From positions 12,203 to 76,202 of the forward strand of contig JAZSBE010000011.1 of the NCBI GenBank assembly GCA_045602215.1: a DNA stretch of 64,000 nt. The letters run 5' to 3'. Under the pieces are notes generated by a model. The model searched no databases, was not told the DNA's origin, and worked only from the letters and a program-made list of their open reading frames with translations. The position numbers and the translations under genes were made by a program. Positions 35,266 to 44,081 of the stretch are shown in pieces. Source of the stretch: Eubacteriales bacterium. GTDB lineage: Bacteria; Bacillota; Clostridia; Oscillospirales; CAG-272. How positions within the stretch are numbered: the stretch's first letter is position 1; each line of letters begins with the position of its first letter.

Positions 35266-37004
35266 TATCTTTCCTCCTTTTTGATTGCGCCGAAGGGGCA
35301 TACTGCCGTGCAAAGTCCGCAGCCGTTACACTGTACGGGGTCGATCACAGCCTTGCCGTCCTTAAAGCTGATGGCAGGGCATCCGAGCTTCATGCAAAGC
35401 TTGCAGCTCTTGCAGGTGTCCGCATCCACGCGGCATACGCCCGAATATTTTACGGTCTTGAGCAACGCGCAAGGACGCTGAACGATGACAACCGAGGGCT
35501 CGTTGCAAGCCAGCTCCTCCTTCAGAGCGGCCTCCAGACCCTTGACGTCGAAGGGATCCTCCACGCGCACGCGCTCGATGCCGATGGCGTGGCAGAGCTT
35601 GAGAAGATCCACCGCGCGCGTTTCCTCGCCGCGGATGGTCTTGCCGGTGGTGGGATTGTCCTGATGTCCGGTCATACCCGTAATGGAGTTATCCAGGATC
35701 AGAACGGTGTTGTTGCCCTTGTTATAAACGATATCGATCAGTCCGGTGATGCCCGAGTGCATAAAGGTGGAGTCACCGATGACCGAGACCAGCTTCTTGT
35801 TGAATTCCTCGCCTCTTGCTTTGCTCATTCCGTGTGCCGCGCTGACAGATGCGCCCATGCAGATGGTGGTGTCCACGCTTGCAAGGGGAGCCGCCGCGCC
35901 GAGGGTGTAGCAGCCGATATCGCCCGAAACGGTCACGCCGAGCTTTTTAAGGACGTAGAAGGTTCCTCTGTGAGGGCATCCCGCGCACATCACGGGAGGA
36001 CGAGCGGGAATGTTTTCAATGGAGGAGGTCAGCGCCTCGGACTTCTCGCCGAGAACAGCCGCCTTGATCATATTCTGAGAATATTCACCCAGCAGGGAGA
36101 AGTATTCCTTGCCCTTCACCTTAACACCCAGTGCGCGAATGTGCTGCTCAAAGATCGGATCCAGCTCCTCGATGCACCAAAGCTCGTCGAGATCCTTTGC
36201 AAAATCCAGAATCAGCTTCTCGGGCAGGGGATAGACCATACCGAGCTTGAGATAATTTGCGCGATTTCCGAGCGCTTCCTTGGCGTACTGGTAGGCAACG
36301 CCCGAGGTGATCACGCCGATTTTTGCGCCGTTATCCTCCACGCGGTTGAAGGAGCAGTTCTCCGCGAGGGCGCGAAGCTTTTCGATGCGCTCCTCAACAA
36401 CTACGTGTCTGCCCTTTGCGTTTGCGGGCATCATCACGTGCTTGCGAATGTTCTTTTCATAAGGCTTGAGCGCGACGTCTTCCTTGTCGCAAAGCTCGAC
36501 CAGACTCTGGGAGTGGGAAACGCGGGTGGAAAGACGAACGAACACGGGCGTGTCGTACTCCTCGCTCAAGGCGAACGCCGCCTTGGTGAACTCCTTGCAT
36601 TCTGCCGAATCCGAGGGCTCGAGCATGACGATCTTTGCTGCCTCGGCGTAGTGACGGGAATCCTGCTCGTTCTGGGAGGAGTGCATTCCGGGGTCGTCTG
36701 CAACGCAGAAGACCAGACCGCCGTTTGCGCCGATGTAGCTGACGGTGAATACGGGGTCAGCCATGACGTTCAGTCCCACGTGCTTCATGCAGGACATCGC
36801 GCGCGCGCCGCCGACGGATGCGCCGATGGCAACCTCTGCGGCAACCTTCTCATTGGGAGCCCATTCTACGAAAATATCCTCGTACTGAACGATATTTTCG
36901 GTGATCTCGGTGCTGGGAGTTCCGGGATAGGAGGAAACTACGCGTACACCTGCTTCATATGCGCCGCGAGCAACTGCGGCATTTCCAAGTAATAATTTTT
37001 TCAT
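35265..37004 (-). CDS. iorA: indolepyruvate:ferredoxin oxidoreductase subunit alpha (TPP, 2x[4Fe-4S])
   Basis: The ORF track gives 35265..37031. I take the start at MKKLLLGNAAVARGAYEAG (ATG 37004). The TPP motif is GDSTFMHSG. Ferredoxin motifs CKSCKLCMKLGCPA and CNGCGLCTAVCP are present. Confidence 0.9.
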   Translation of the reverse strand: MKKLLLGNAAVARGAYEAGVRVVSSYPGTPSTEITENIVQYEDIFVEWAPNEKVAAEVAIGASVGGARAMSCMKHVGLNVMADPVFTVSYIGANGGLVFCVADDPGMHSSQNEQDSRHYAEAAKIVMLEPSDSAECKEFTKAAFALSEEYDTPVFVRLSTRVSHSQSLVELCDKEDVALKPYEKNIRKHVMMPANAKGRHVVVEERIEKLRALAENCSFNRVEDNGAKIGVITSGVAYQYAKEALGNRANYLKLGMVYPLPEKLILDFAKDLDELWCIEELDPIFEQHIRALGVKVKGKEYFSLLGEYSQNMIKAAVLGEKSEALTSSIENIPARPPVMCAGCPHRGTFYVLKKLGVTVSGDIGCYTLGAAAPLASVDTTICMGASVSAAHGMSKARGEEFNKKLVSVIGDSTFMHSGITGLIDIVYNKGNNTVLILDNSITGMTGHQDNPTTGKTIRGEETRAVDLLKLCHAIGIERVRVEDPFDVKGLEAALKEELACNEPSVVIVQRPCALLKTVKYSGVCRVDADTCKSCKLCMKLGCPAISFKDGKAVIDPVQCNGCGLCTAVCPFGAIKKEER

Positions 37005-37039
37005 AGATGTATTTCCTTTGGAAAATTTCAATTTCTCTG

Positions 37040-38677
37040 TTATTGGTTGATCTCGTTTTGGTCGGAGATCAGATGGGACGCACCGTAACGCTGACGCAGG
37101 GTGGGCTTCTCAATCTTTCCTGTGGGGTTACGCGGAATCTCATCAAAGAACACACGGCGAGGACGCTTGTAGCGGGGGAGCTCCATGCAGAACGCGTTGA
37201 ACTCCTCGGTCGTCATCGACTCGCCTTCCTTGATCTCCACGATTGCCACTGCGATTTCTCCAAGGCGGCTGTCGGGCAGACCGATGACTGCGGTGTCCTT
37301 GACCTTGGGATGCCTGCGAATGTGGTTTTCGATCTGAACGGGGTAGAGGTTTTCTCCACCCGTGATGATGACGTCCTTCTTGCGGTCAACCAGCCAGATG
37401 AATCCGTCCGCGTCCTCCTGCGCCATGTCGCCCGTAAAGAGCCAACCGTCGGCAAGTACCTCGTCGGTGGATTTTTGATCCTTGTAATAGCACTTCATCA
37501 CACCCGGACCCTTGACGGCAAGCTCACCGATCTCGCCCTTGGCTACGGTCTGCTTTTTGTCATCCACGATGCGGATCTCCCATCCGTATCCTGCTTTTCC
37601 GATCGCGCCAACCTTGTGAATGTTTTCCACGCCGAGATGCACGCATCCGGGGCCGATGGATTCGCTCAATCCGTAGTTGGTGTCGTACTCGTGGCTTGGG
37701 AAGACCGTCTTCCAGCGTCTGATCAGACTGGGAGGAACGGGCTGCGCGCCGATGTGCATCAGACGCCAGGGGGAGAGATCGTACCGATCAAGATCAATCT
37801 CGCCACGATCAATGCTGTCGAGAATATCCTGCGCCCACGGCACCAGGAGCCATACGATGGTGCAAGCCTCCTGTGATGCGGTTTGTACGATCAGCTCGGG
37901 GGTGGTTCCCTTGAGAAGGACTGCGCGGGAGCCTACGACAAGGCTTCCGAACCAGTGCATCTTGGCACCGGTGTGATAGAGGGGCGGAATGCAAAGGAAT
38001 ACGTCGTCCTTGGTTTGCCCGTGATGATTCTGCTCAACGGCCGCCGCGTGCGAAAGGCTGCGGTGATCGTGAAGGATCGCCTTGGGGAAACCTGTCGTTC
38101 CGCTGGAAAAATAGATTGCGGCGTGATCGTCCTCTGTAAGCGAAACGAAGGGGTCGGTCGAGGGTTGATCTGCCGTAAGCGTATCGTAGCTTTCTGCAAA
38201 GTAGGGGCAATCGTTGCCCACGTAGATCCACATACCCATACCGGTGGAGGTCTCCATTGCGACCTCCACACGTCCGATGAACTCGGGACCGAACACCAGA
38301 TGCTCTGCGTCTGCCTTTTTGAGACAGTAGCTGATCTCATCTGCGGCGTAACGATAGTTGAGAGGAACGGCAATGGCGCCTGCCTTCAGAATCCCGAAAT
38401 AAACGGGAAGCCATTCCAGACAGTTCATCAAAAGGATCGCAACCTTCGTTCCTTTTTGGATGCCTCTGGCAAGCAGGAGATTGGCAAAGCGATTGGATCT
38501 CTCGTCAAAGTCAAGCCAGGTCATTTCGCGTCTTCCGCTGACGCCGGTGGGGTGTGTGAGTGCAAATTCACGCCAGGATTTTCCGCCCTTGTCGGATGTA
38601 GTGGGGGTAATTTCCACGAGCGCCACGTCGTGGGGAAATTCCTTGGCGTTCTTTCGCAGTAAATCGGTAATGGGCAT
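37040..38677 (-). CDS. AMP-dependent acyl-CoA synthetase/ligase (fatty-acid or aryl-acid CoA ligase family)
   Basis: The ORF track gives 37040..38746. The ATG at 38677 (MPITDLLRKNAKEFP) lies downstream of the promoter at 38718-38746. The AMP-binding motif IYFSSGTTGFPKAILH is present, followed by ..TGDMA.. Confidence 0.88.
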   Translation of the reverse strand: MPITDLLRKNAKEFPHDVALVEITPTTSDKGGKSWREFALTHPTGVSGRREMTWLDFDERSNRFANLLLARGIQKGTKVAILLMNCLEWLPVYFGILKAGAIAVPLNYRYAADEISYCLKKADAEHLVFGPEFIGRVEVAMETSTGMGMWIYVGNDCPYFAESYDTLTADQPSTDPFVSLTEDDHAAIYFSSGTTGFPKAILHDHRSLSHAAAVEQNHHGQTKDDVFLCIPPLYHTGAKMHWFGSLVVGSRAVLLKGTTPELIVQTASQEACTIVWLLVPWAQDILDSIDRGEIDLDRYDLSPWRLMHIGAQPVPPSLIRRWKTVFPSHEYDTNYGLSESIGPGCVHLGVENIHKVGAIGKAGYGWEIRIVDDKKQTVAKGEIGELAVKGPGVMKCYYKDQKSTDEVLADGWLFTGDMAQEDADGFIWLVDRKKDVIITGGENLYPVQIENHIRRHPKVKDTAVIGLPDSRLGEIAVAIVEIKEGESMTTEEFNAFCMELPRYKRPRRVFFDEIPRNPTGKIEKPTLRQRYGASHLISDQNEINQ

Positions 38678-38717
38678 AAGGGGTCCGCCTTTCAAGTCGA
38701 ATCGTGTAATATTCTTT

Positions 38718-38746
38718 ATTGTATCATTAAATGGAAGGTTTGTCAA
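38718..38746 (-). promoter_or_regulatory. sigma-A-type promoter (TTGACA-17-TACAAT) of the acyl-CoA ligase/iorAB/paaK/ACT operon
   Basis: Minus strand reads TTGACAaaccttccatttaatgaTACAAT. Confidence 0.55.
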
Positions 38747-38853
38747 TAGAATTTCCGCTAACAGACCTCAAAAACAACCGTTTTGAAGGTTTTTTTACAG
38801 AAAGGGCAGTCATACCCTACAAGGTGAAAACTGCGCTTGGTAGGGAAAGAAAA

Positions 38854-38890
38854 GCAGGCGAAGCCATGAGGATGCTCCGCCTGCGTTTTT
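38854..38890 (-). terminator. terminator after the dnaC-like gene
   Basis: Reads gcaggcgaagc-catgaggat-gctccgcctgc, with T/A runs on both sides. Confidence 0.65.
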
Positions 38891-38891
38891 A

Positions 38892-39875
38892 TTATCGCCT
38901 CAGCTTCTGTTTGCGGATGTCAACGCCAAAGAAGGGGATCAGATGAAATTCTCCAAAGAGGCGACTGGTGATGCGGTCGGAATAATGCTTCCGAAGCTCC
39001 TCGGCCTTGAGATTGGAGCTGATGACGGTGGGACGTCCGGAGTTGAGTCGGGAATTGAGAACGAAATAAATCGTGGATTGCGTGAACTGGTTGAACACCT
39101 CGGTTCCGAGGTCATCCAGAATCAACAGATCGCAGGTGAGATAGCGGTCGGTGTTGTCCGCGTCTCCCATTGCCGAAGCGTTTCCGAAGCGACGGCATTC
39201 AAAGTCGGAGATCATACCGACGGCACTGTTGTAGAAGACGTCATATCCGCGCTCAATCACCGTTCTGGCAATCGCCGTGGAGAGATGCGTTTTTCCAAGT
39301 CCCGTACCGCCCAGGAGCAGGATGCTTTCGGGAGGTGTCTCTGCATCCATCGCAAAGGTTTCCGCATACGTCTTGAGCTTATGGAAGCTTTGTTCCATTC
39401 TTGCATACTCCTCGCGGTTGTGACGGTAGAAATCCAGCGAGAAGTTATCAAAGGACTGCTTTTTCATCAGTCCGCCAAGACCGCAGGATTCCATGCCTGC
39501 CTCTGTCAGACGCCGTCTCATGCAGGCGCACATCTGAATGCCGACGTAGCCGCTGTCGTTGCACTCGTTGCACTCGTAATGGGGCTTGCAATAATCCTCG
39601 GGGTAGCCGTTGGCCTCCAGCAGCTGTCGACGCTCTGCAAGAATCCGTTGGTTCTCCTCGCGCAGACGGGCGATCGCCTCGTCCGTGTTGCCGCCTTCCA
39701 TCGCAAGCTTCATGATGCGAAGTCCAAAGGAAGAGAGCTTTTGGTCAAGCTCGTGGAGCTGCGGGATCGCCTGATGTACCTCCTCGCGTCTGCCGTCTGC
39801 GGCGCGCTGCGCCAGGAGGGCTTTCGTTTCGTATTCAGCTCGGATCCTCTTAAAATTTTCCTTATTGTAACCCAT
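38892..39875 (-). CDS. DnaC/DnaI-family AAA+ helicase-loader ATPase
   Basis: 327 aa. There is an N-terminal Cys cluster (CNECNDSGYV..CAC). Walker A is LLLGGTGLGKTHL and Walker B is LLILDDLGTE. Confidence 0.85.
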   Translation of the reverse strand: MGYNKENFKRIRAEYETKALLAQRAADGRREEVHQAIPQLHELDQKLSSFGLRIMKLAMEGGNTDEAIARLREENQRILAERRQLLEANGYPEDYCKPHYECNECNDSGYVGIQMCACMRRRLTEAGMESCGLGGLMKKQSFDNFSLDFYRHNREEYARMEQSFHKLKTYAETFAMDAETPPESILLLGGTGLGKTHLSTAIARTVIERGYDVFYNSAVGMISDFECRRFGNASAMGDADNTDRYLTCDLLILDDLGTEVFNQFTQSTIYFVLNSRLNSGRPTVISSNLKAEELRKHYSDRITSRLFGEFHLIPFFGVDIRKQKLRR

Positions 39876-39911
39876 AGAGGTAGTTCCTTTCTCTTGCTCT
39901 GTGCCTGCGCG

Positions 39912-40886
39912 TTAATTGCTTCGGAAGCTCTTTTCAAGCGCCGCCTTGAAAAAGTCGTCGGTCTGAAAGCTGTTTCCAAAGGTGGTCTTGCCTTCTTTTT
40001 CTGCGCGTTCCTCTGTTTGCCTTTGGTCGATCTCTTCGACCGTTTTGAGTCCCTCCGAGTGCCAACGCTCCAGAATGGAATTGGCGTAGGGGATGGAGGC
40101 GTTGCCGGTGGAATTGACCGTGATCTCGTATGCCCGTCGAATGACGTCCTCGCCGTATCCGTAGGAGGCCCATTTTTCAATGGCGCCCCGCTCCTTTGCC
40201 GTGAGCGCGCGGCTCTTGAGTCCGAACATCTGGCGAATGGTGCCCTCAAGCTGATGTGCCGCCTCCATTTCCTGAAGGTGTGCATCCAACGAGTCTGCCG
40301 TGGTGATTCCCTTGTCGATCAGGGAGATGGCGTATCTCTCCACCTGTCTAAAGCTCTTGATCTCCAGTCGCTTGCAATGCGCGAGCAGGATCAGAATATA
40401 TTCGTCCTCAAGCTTGAGATAATCCACCATGCCAAACAGAATATTGATCTCGTGGGGATTAAACATCTTGCCGAAAATGTTCTGGCAGGCGTCCAGCAGG
40501 ATGCGAAGGGAAGCGCGCTTCTCCATCATGTCCGACAGCTCCTCGGTGTTGTAGGTCGGGAGCTCATCTGCGCGCTGCAGAACCCTTTTGGGAGGATTTT
40601 TCTCAACCGATTCGGTTGTCTTCTTCTTTGTGGCTTTTTGGGAGGATACGACCTCCGTTTCTTTTCCGTCGGTCAGAACCCCACACGATTTCCAGTAGTC
40701 CAGAATATCCGAAAGAGCACTCTTATCTACGTCTGCAAGCTTGGCAAGCTGCGCGGGCTTTCCCGACAGGCTTGCGTCCTCTGCCAGCCAAAGCAAAACA
40801 CGCAGCTGCTCGGCCGTGGCGTCCGAAGACAATACCGATGCGGGAAGAACCAATACGCTTTGCCCGTAATTCCATTTTAAGTCCAT
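39912..40886 (-). CDS. DnaD-domain replication initiation/primosome protein (DnaB/DnaD family of Firmicutes)
   Basis: 324 aa with two DnaD-like repeats (..YAISLIDKGITTADSL..; ..YANSILERWHSEGLKTVEEI). Its ATG lies 1 nt after the rex stop. Confidence 0.8.
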   Translation of the reverse strand: MDLKWNYGQSVLVLPASVLSSDATAEQLRVLLWLAEDASLSGKPAQLAKLADVDKSALSDILDYWKSCGVLTDGKETEVVSSQKATKKKTTESVEKNPPKRVLQRADELPTYNTEELSDMMEKRASLRILLDACQNIFGKMFNPHEINILFGMVDYLKLEDEYILILLAHCKRLEIKSFRQVERYAISLIDKGITTADSLDAHLQEMEAAHQLEGTIRQMFGLKSRALTAKERGAIEKWASYGYGEDVIRRAYEITVNSTGNASIPYANSILERWHSEGLKTVEEIDQRQTEERAEKEGKTTFGNSFQTDDFFKAALEKSFRSN

Positions 40887-40887
40887 A

Positions 40888-41619
40888 TTATTTCCTTCCG
40901 TCCTTCCGCCTGTTTTTGCCGATTGCGTTTTGCTCGGAAAGCTGACAAACGCGATAATTCAAATACATCAAGGAGTCTCCCAGATGGACGTTTTCCACTG
41001 CGATCCTGGAGGCGTCGTGCTCGATGTCCTTGCCCGTGAAGTTCCAGATTCCCGTTACGCCCTGCTCGGTCAGCTGCTTGGAGACGTCCTCTGCCGCTTC
41101 CTTAGGAATGGTGAGAACGGCAATGTCAACCGGCTTGCTCGTGCAGAAGTCCGCCAGATCCTTCATATCAAAGATCCTGACGTCACCAAACGTTTGTCCC
41201 ACCAGCGCGGGGTTGACGTCAAACATCGCAAGGATATTGACGCCTCGTTTTTCAAATATGGAAGAACGAACCAGCGCTCTTCCGAGGTCTCCGGCTCCGA
41301 TGATGATGGCATTCAGTCCCTTTTCAACACCCAGCAATTCGCAGATCTTTTCGTACAGATAGTCCACGTTGTAGCCGTAGCCCTGCTGACCAAATCCGCC
41401 GAAGCAGTTGAGGTCCTGACGGATCTGCGACGCGGTGATGTGCATCATGTTCGCAAACTCTCTCGAGCTGACGCGCTTTTTTCCTCTTCGGATCAGCTCG
41501 CGCAGATACCGAAAATAGCGGGGAAGACGACGAATGACAGCAGGGGATACCTCCGGACGCTCGCAGCGGTCGGAGGTGTCGTTTCCATATAGATTTTTAG
41601 AAGGATTCAGATGATCCAT
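40888..41619 (-). CDS. rex: redox-sensing transcriptional repressor Rex
   Basis: 243 aa with the winged-helix motif VIRRLPRYFRYLREL and the Rossmann motif AIIIGAGDLGRAL. Confidence 0.9.
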   Translation of the reverse strand: MDHLNPSKNLYGNDTSDRCERPEVSPAVIRRLPRYFRYLRELIRRGKKRVSSREFANMMHITASQIRQDLNCFGGFGQQGYGYNVDYLYEKICELLGVEKGLNAIIIGAGDLGRALVRSSIFEKRGVNILAMFDVNPALVGQTFGDVRIFDMKDLADFCTSKPVDIAVLTIPKEAAEDVSKQLTEQGVTGIWNFTGKDIEHDASRIAVENVHLGDSLMYLNYRVCQLSEQNAIGKNRRKDGRK

Positions 41620-41736
41620 GATGGGTATCCTCGTTTCTTTCTATTTGGATCTCGCGCAAAAAAAAATGAGACGATTTGTGGAGTTTAGACAAGAAAAATT
41701 TTCTATGAAAAAGCAGATGGCAAAACCGAAAAAATG

Positions 41737-41899
41737 TTTTCCACAATGCAAAAAAGCATGATTTTTCAACAAATTTAACAGAGTTATCCACAAAATGCAT
41801 AGTCAAAAGTGTTTTTTTCGACTAATTTCCACATATTTTTTGCTCAAAAAAAGTATTTCTCAAGGTTTTCAACAGGTTGTGAAAAAGTCGTGTGGAAAA
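41737..41899. promoter_or_regulatory. cluster of DnaA-box-like 9-mers in an AT-rich 379-nt intergenic region
   Basis: TTATCCACA is perfect at 41784-41792. TTTTCCACA occurs at 41737-41745. TGTGGAAAA (inverted TTTTCCACA) occurs at 41891-41899. ATTTCCACA occurs at 41825-41833. Weaker boxes lie at about 41677, 41877, 41937 and 41959. Confidence 0.5.
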
Positions 41900-41998
41900 A
41901 TGATTTTGAGAAAAAATTTCAAACAAATTGAAACTTTGTGAAAAGTCACGATTTTGATGTTTTCCAAAAGATTTTTTCAAAAAGGGCTTGACAGGATT

Positions 41999-43018
41999 TC
42001 AGATGCCGTCTCCGTCATCGCAGGCAGATGCGTTGAGCGATGTGTTTGCAAAATTCCCCTTCAGATACTGAAAATATCCTGCGGCGGCGATCATAGCGCC
42101 GTTGTCTCCGCAAAGCGCGCGGTCAGGCATTGCAAGGCGGATTTTTTTGCGGTCGCACATCGCTTGCAGAGAGGCGCGTAGGTGAGAATTGGCGGCGACA
42201 CCGCCTGCCAGTACCAGCGTCTTCATGCCGGTTTGCTTCAGCGCAAGCTCGGTTTTGGAGGTCAGCGCCTTGACGATCTTGTCGGTGTAGCACGCCGCAA
42301 CGTCTGCGGGGTTGATCTCTAGTCCCTTTTGCGCCATGCCGTTCAGATAGTTGAGGGTTGCGGTCTTGATTCCGCTGAAGGAAAAGTCCAAGGTGTCTCC
42401 CGAGAGGGCGGGAGAGGGGAGCGTGATTGCCTGCTTGTCTCCCTCGTATGCCAGCTTGTCCAAGGCGGCGCCGCCGGGATAGGGCATCCCGATCACGCGG
42501 CCGACCTTATCAAAGGCCTCTCCTGCCGCGTCGTCTCTGGTCGCGCCGATCTCCCGAAATTCGGTGGGAGAAGACACCTCGTAGATGGAGGTGTGACCGC
42601 CCGAAACAACGAGCGCCAAAAAGGGCGGCTTCAGATCGGGATTGGACAGGTATGCGGCGGCGACGTGCCCGTGAATGTGATTGACGGGTACGAGAGGAAT
42701 GTTGTTGGCAAACGCCAAGGATTTTGCAAAATTGACTCCCACGAGCAGCGCGCCGATCAGTCCGGGGAATGCGGTCACGGCGAGCGCGCCGACGTCTGAA
42801 AGAGCGATTTCCGCTTCCTTCAGTGCTTGCTCGGTAATAGAGGTGATTGCCTCGATATGTGCGCGGCTGGCGATCTCGGGAACGACACCGCCGTAGAGCC
42901 GATGGATTTCAATTTGAGATGCGACAATGTTGGAGCAAACGGAGAGCGTATCGTTTTCCGCTTTTACAATCGACGCAGAGGTCTCGTCGCAGGAGCTCTC
43001 AATTCCTAAAATGTACAT
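41999..43018 (-). CDS. tsaD: tRNA N6-adenosine threonylcarbamoyltransferase
   Basis: The ORF track gives 41999..43051. I take the start at MYILGIESSCDETS. GHVAAA and the Kae1/TsaD fold motifs are present. Confidence 0.92.
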   Translation of the reverse strand: MYILGIESSCDETSASIVKAENDTLSVCSNIVASQIEIHRLYGGVVPEIASRAHIEAITSITEQALKEAEIALSDVGALAVTAFPGLIGALLVGVNFAKSLAFANNIPLVPVNHIHGHVAAAYLSNPDLKPPFLALVVSGGHTSIYEVSSPTEFREIGATRDDAAGEAFDKVGRVIGMPYPGGAALDKLAYEGDKQAITLPSPALSGDTLDFSFSGIKTATLNYLNGMAQKGLEINPADVAACYTDKIVKALTSKTELALKQTGMKTLVLAGGVAANSHLRASLQAMCDRKKIRLAMPDRALCGDNGAMIAAAGYFQYLKGNFANTSLNASACDDGDGI

Positions 43019-43060
43019 AGTTTTCCTTCCGTGTAAAAAAGATAAAACCAAATGAATGAT

Positions 43061-43522
43061 CTAATTTTGTGTGCCCGCATCCAAGGAGAGGATCATGACA
43101 AGCCCGTCCTCGGTGGGATGACGGTAAAAGCCTTTCCGAACGCCGGCGATCTCAAAGCCGTGGGATTGATACAATGCCTTGGCGGGGAGGTTGGATTGCC
43201 GCACCTCCAGAGAAAGCTCTCGGATGCCTCGTGCCTTTGATTCGGAGACCATTTCCTTCAGGATCGCGTTCCCGACGCCTTTTTTTCGATGCTCGGGGTG
43301 TACGGCGATGTTGGTAATCTGCCCCTCGTCAAGAACGGTCAGAAGACCTCCGTATCCGATGGGAGCTCCGTCTTCGTCCAATGCGACCACGCCGAGATTG
43401 GCGTCCTGCAACAAAAGCGCGAGCGATTGCTGACTCCAGGACTCCGCAAAGCACAGGCGTTCAAGCTCAGCCACGCCCTCCAGATGAGAAGGGAGAAGCT
43501 GCGAGATGGTAAACGGCTTCAT
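43061..43522 (-). CDS. rimI: ribosomal-protein-alanine N-acetyltransferase (GNAT)
   Basis: 153 aa with the GNAT motif HPEHRKKGVGNAIL. It lies adjacent to tsaD. Confidence 0.85.
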   Translation of the reverse strand: MKPFTISQLLPSHLEGVAELERLCFAESWSQQSLALLLQDANLGVVALDEDGAPIGYGGLLTVLDEGQITNIAVHPEHRKKGVGNAILKEMVSESKARGIRELSLEVRQSNLPAKALYQSHGFEIAGVRKGFYRHPTEDGLVMILSLDAGTQN

Positions 43523-44061
43523 AGGCGCGACTCCTTGTCAAACAGTCCCTGTCGGATGCCCTCGGTGATCTGTGCAAGACACGCTTGATAGACCTCGGGG
43601 CTGCCTCCGTAGGGGTCGGAGATGTCGGTGGGAAAGGTCGTGATTCGTTGCGCCAGATGGGGAAAGCGAAAGAGGATCGCCATGGCATGTTCCCGTGTCA
43701 GCCCGATCAGAAGATCGTACCCCTCGGCCTCTTCTTCACCTAGAGTGTGTGCCGTGTGACTGTGATAATCCAAGCCTGCAACGGCGGGGATATCGGCAGC
43801 CTCCAGCGCCGCGATTGCGTTTTTTGCGATGGGATCACCGTTCTGCGCATAAATTCCCGCACTGTAAGCCAGAAGACGGGGCACCATCCTTTCCCGAACC
43901 GATTCGGGAAAGGAATCCAGCTCACGGGATGCGATCGCGTTTGCAACCGCCGCAGCCATAGGGGAGCGGCAGGTATTTCCCGTGCACACAAAGCAGATTC
44001 GTTTTGGATTTTCGGGGATATCCGTTGCCGGCTTTTCCAGTGTTGGTTGTACGGTTGACAT
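43519..44061 (-). CDS. low-molecular-weight protein tyrosine/arginine phosphatase family protein
   Basis: 180 aa with the P-loop CFVCTGNTCRSPMA (CX5R-S). Confidence 0.85.
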   Translation of the reverse strand: MSTVQPTLEKPATDIPENPKRICFVCTGNTCRSPMAAAVANAIASRELDSFPESVRERMVPRLLAYSAGIYAQNGDPIAKNAIAALEAADIPAVAGLDYHSHTAHTLGEEEAEGYDLLIGLTREHAMAILFRFPHLAQRITTFPTDISDPYGGSPEVYQACLAQITEGIRQGLFDKESRL

Positions 44062-44081
44062 AAAACTCCTTTTTGACCGCC

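Noticed and set aside
41935-41950. TTGTGAAAAGTCACGA, looked at as a possible Rex operator upstream of rex.
   Set aside because: The half-site spacing and the second half-site (TCACGA) do not fit TTGTGAA-N4-TTCACAA. It also lies ~320 nt from the rex start, right after the tsaD stop.
41620-41998. Whether the DnaA-box cluster is the chromosomal origin (oriC).
   Set aside because: There is no dnaA/dnaN nearby. Both flanking genes and most genes for ~20 kb on either side lie on the same (minus) strand, so there is no orientation switch. I saw no clear 13-mer DUE repeats. I keep it as a DnaA-box cluster only. GC skew over the whole genome would settle the question.
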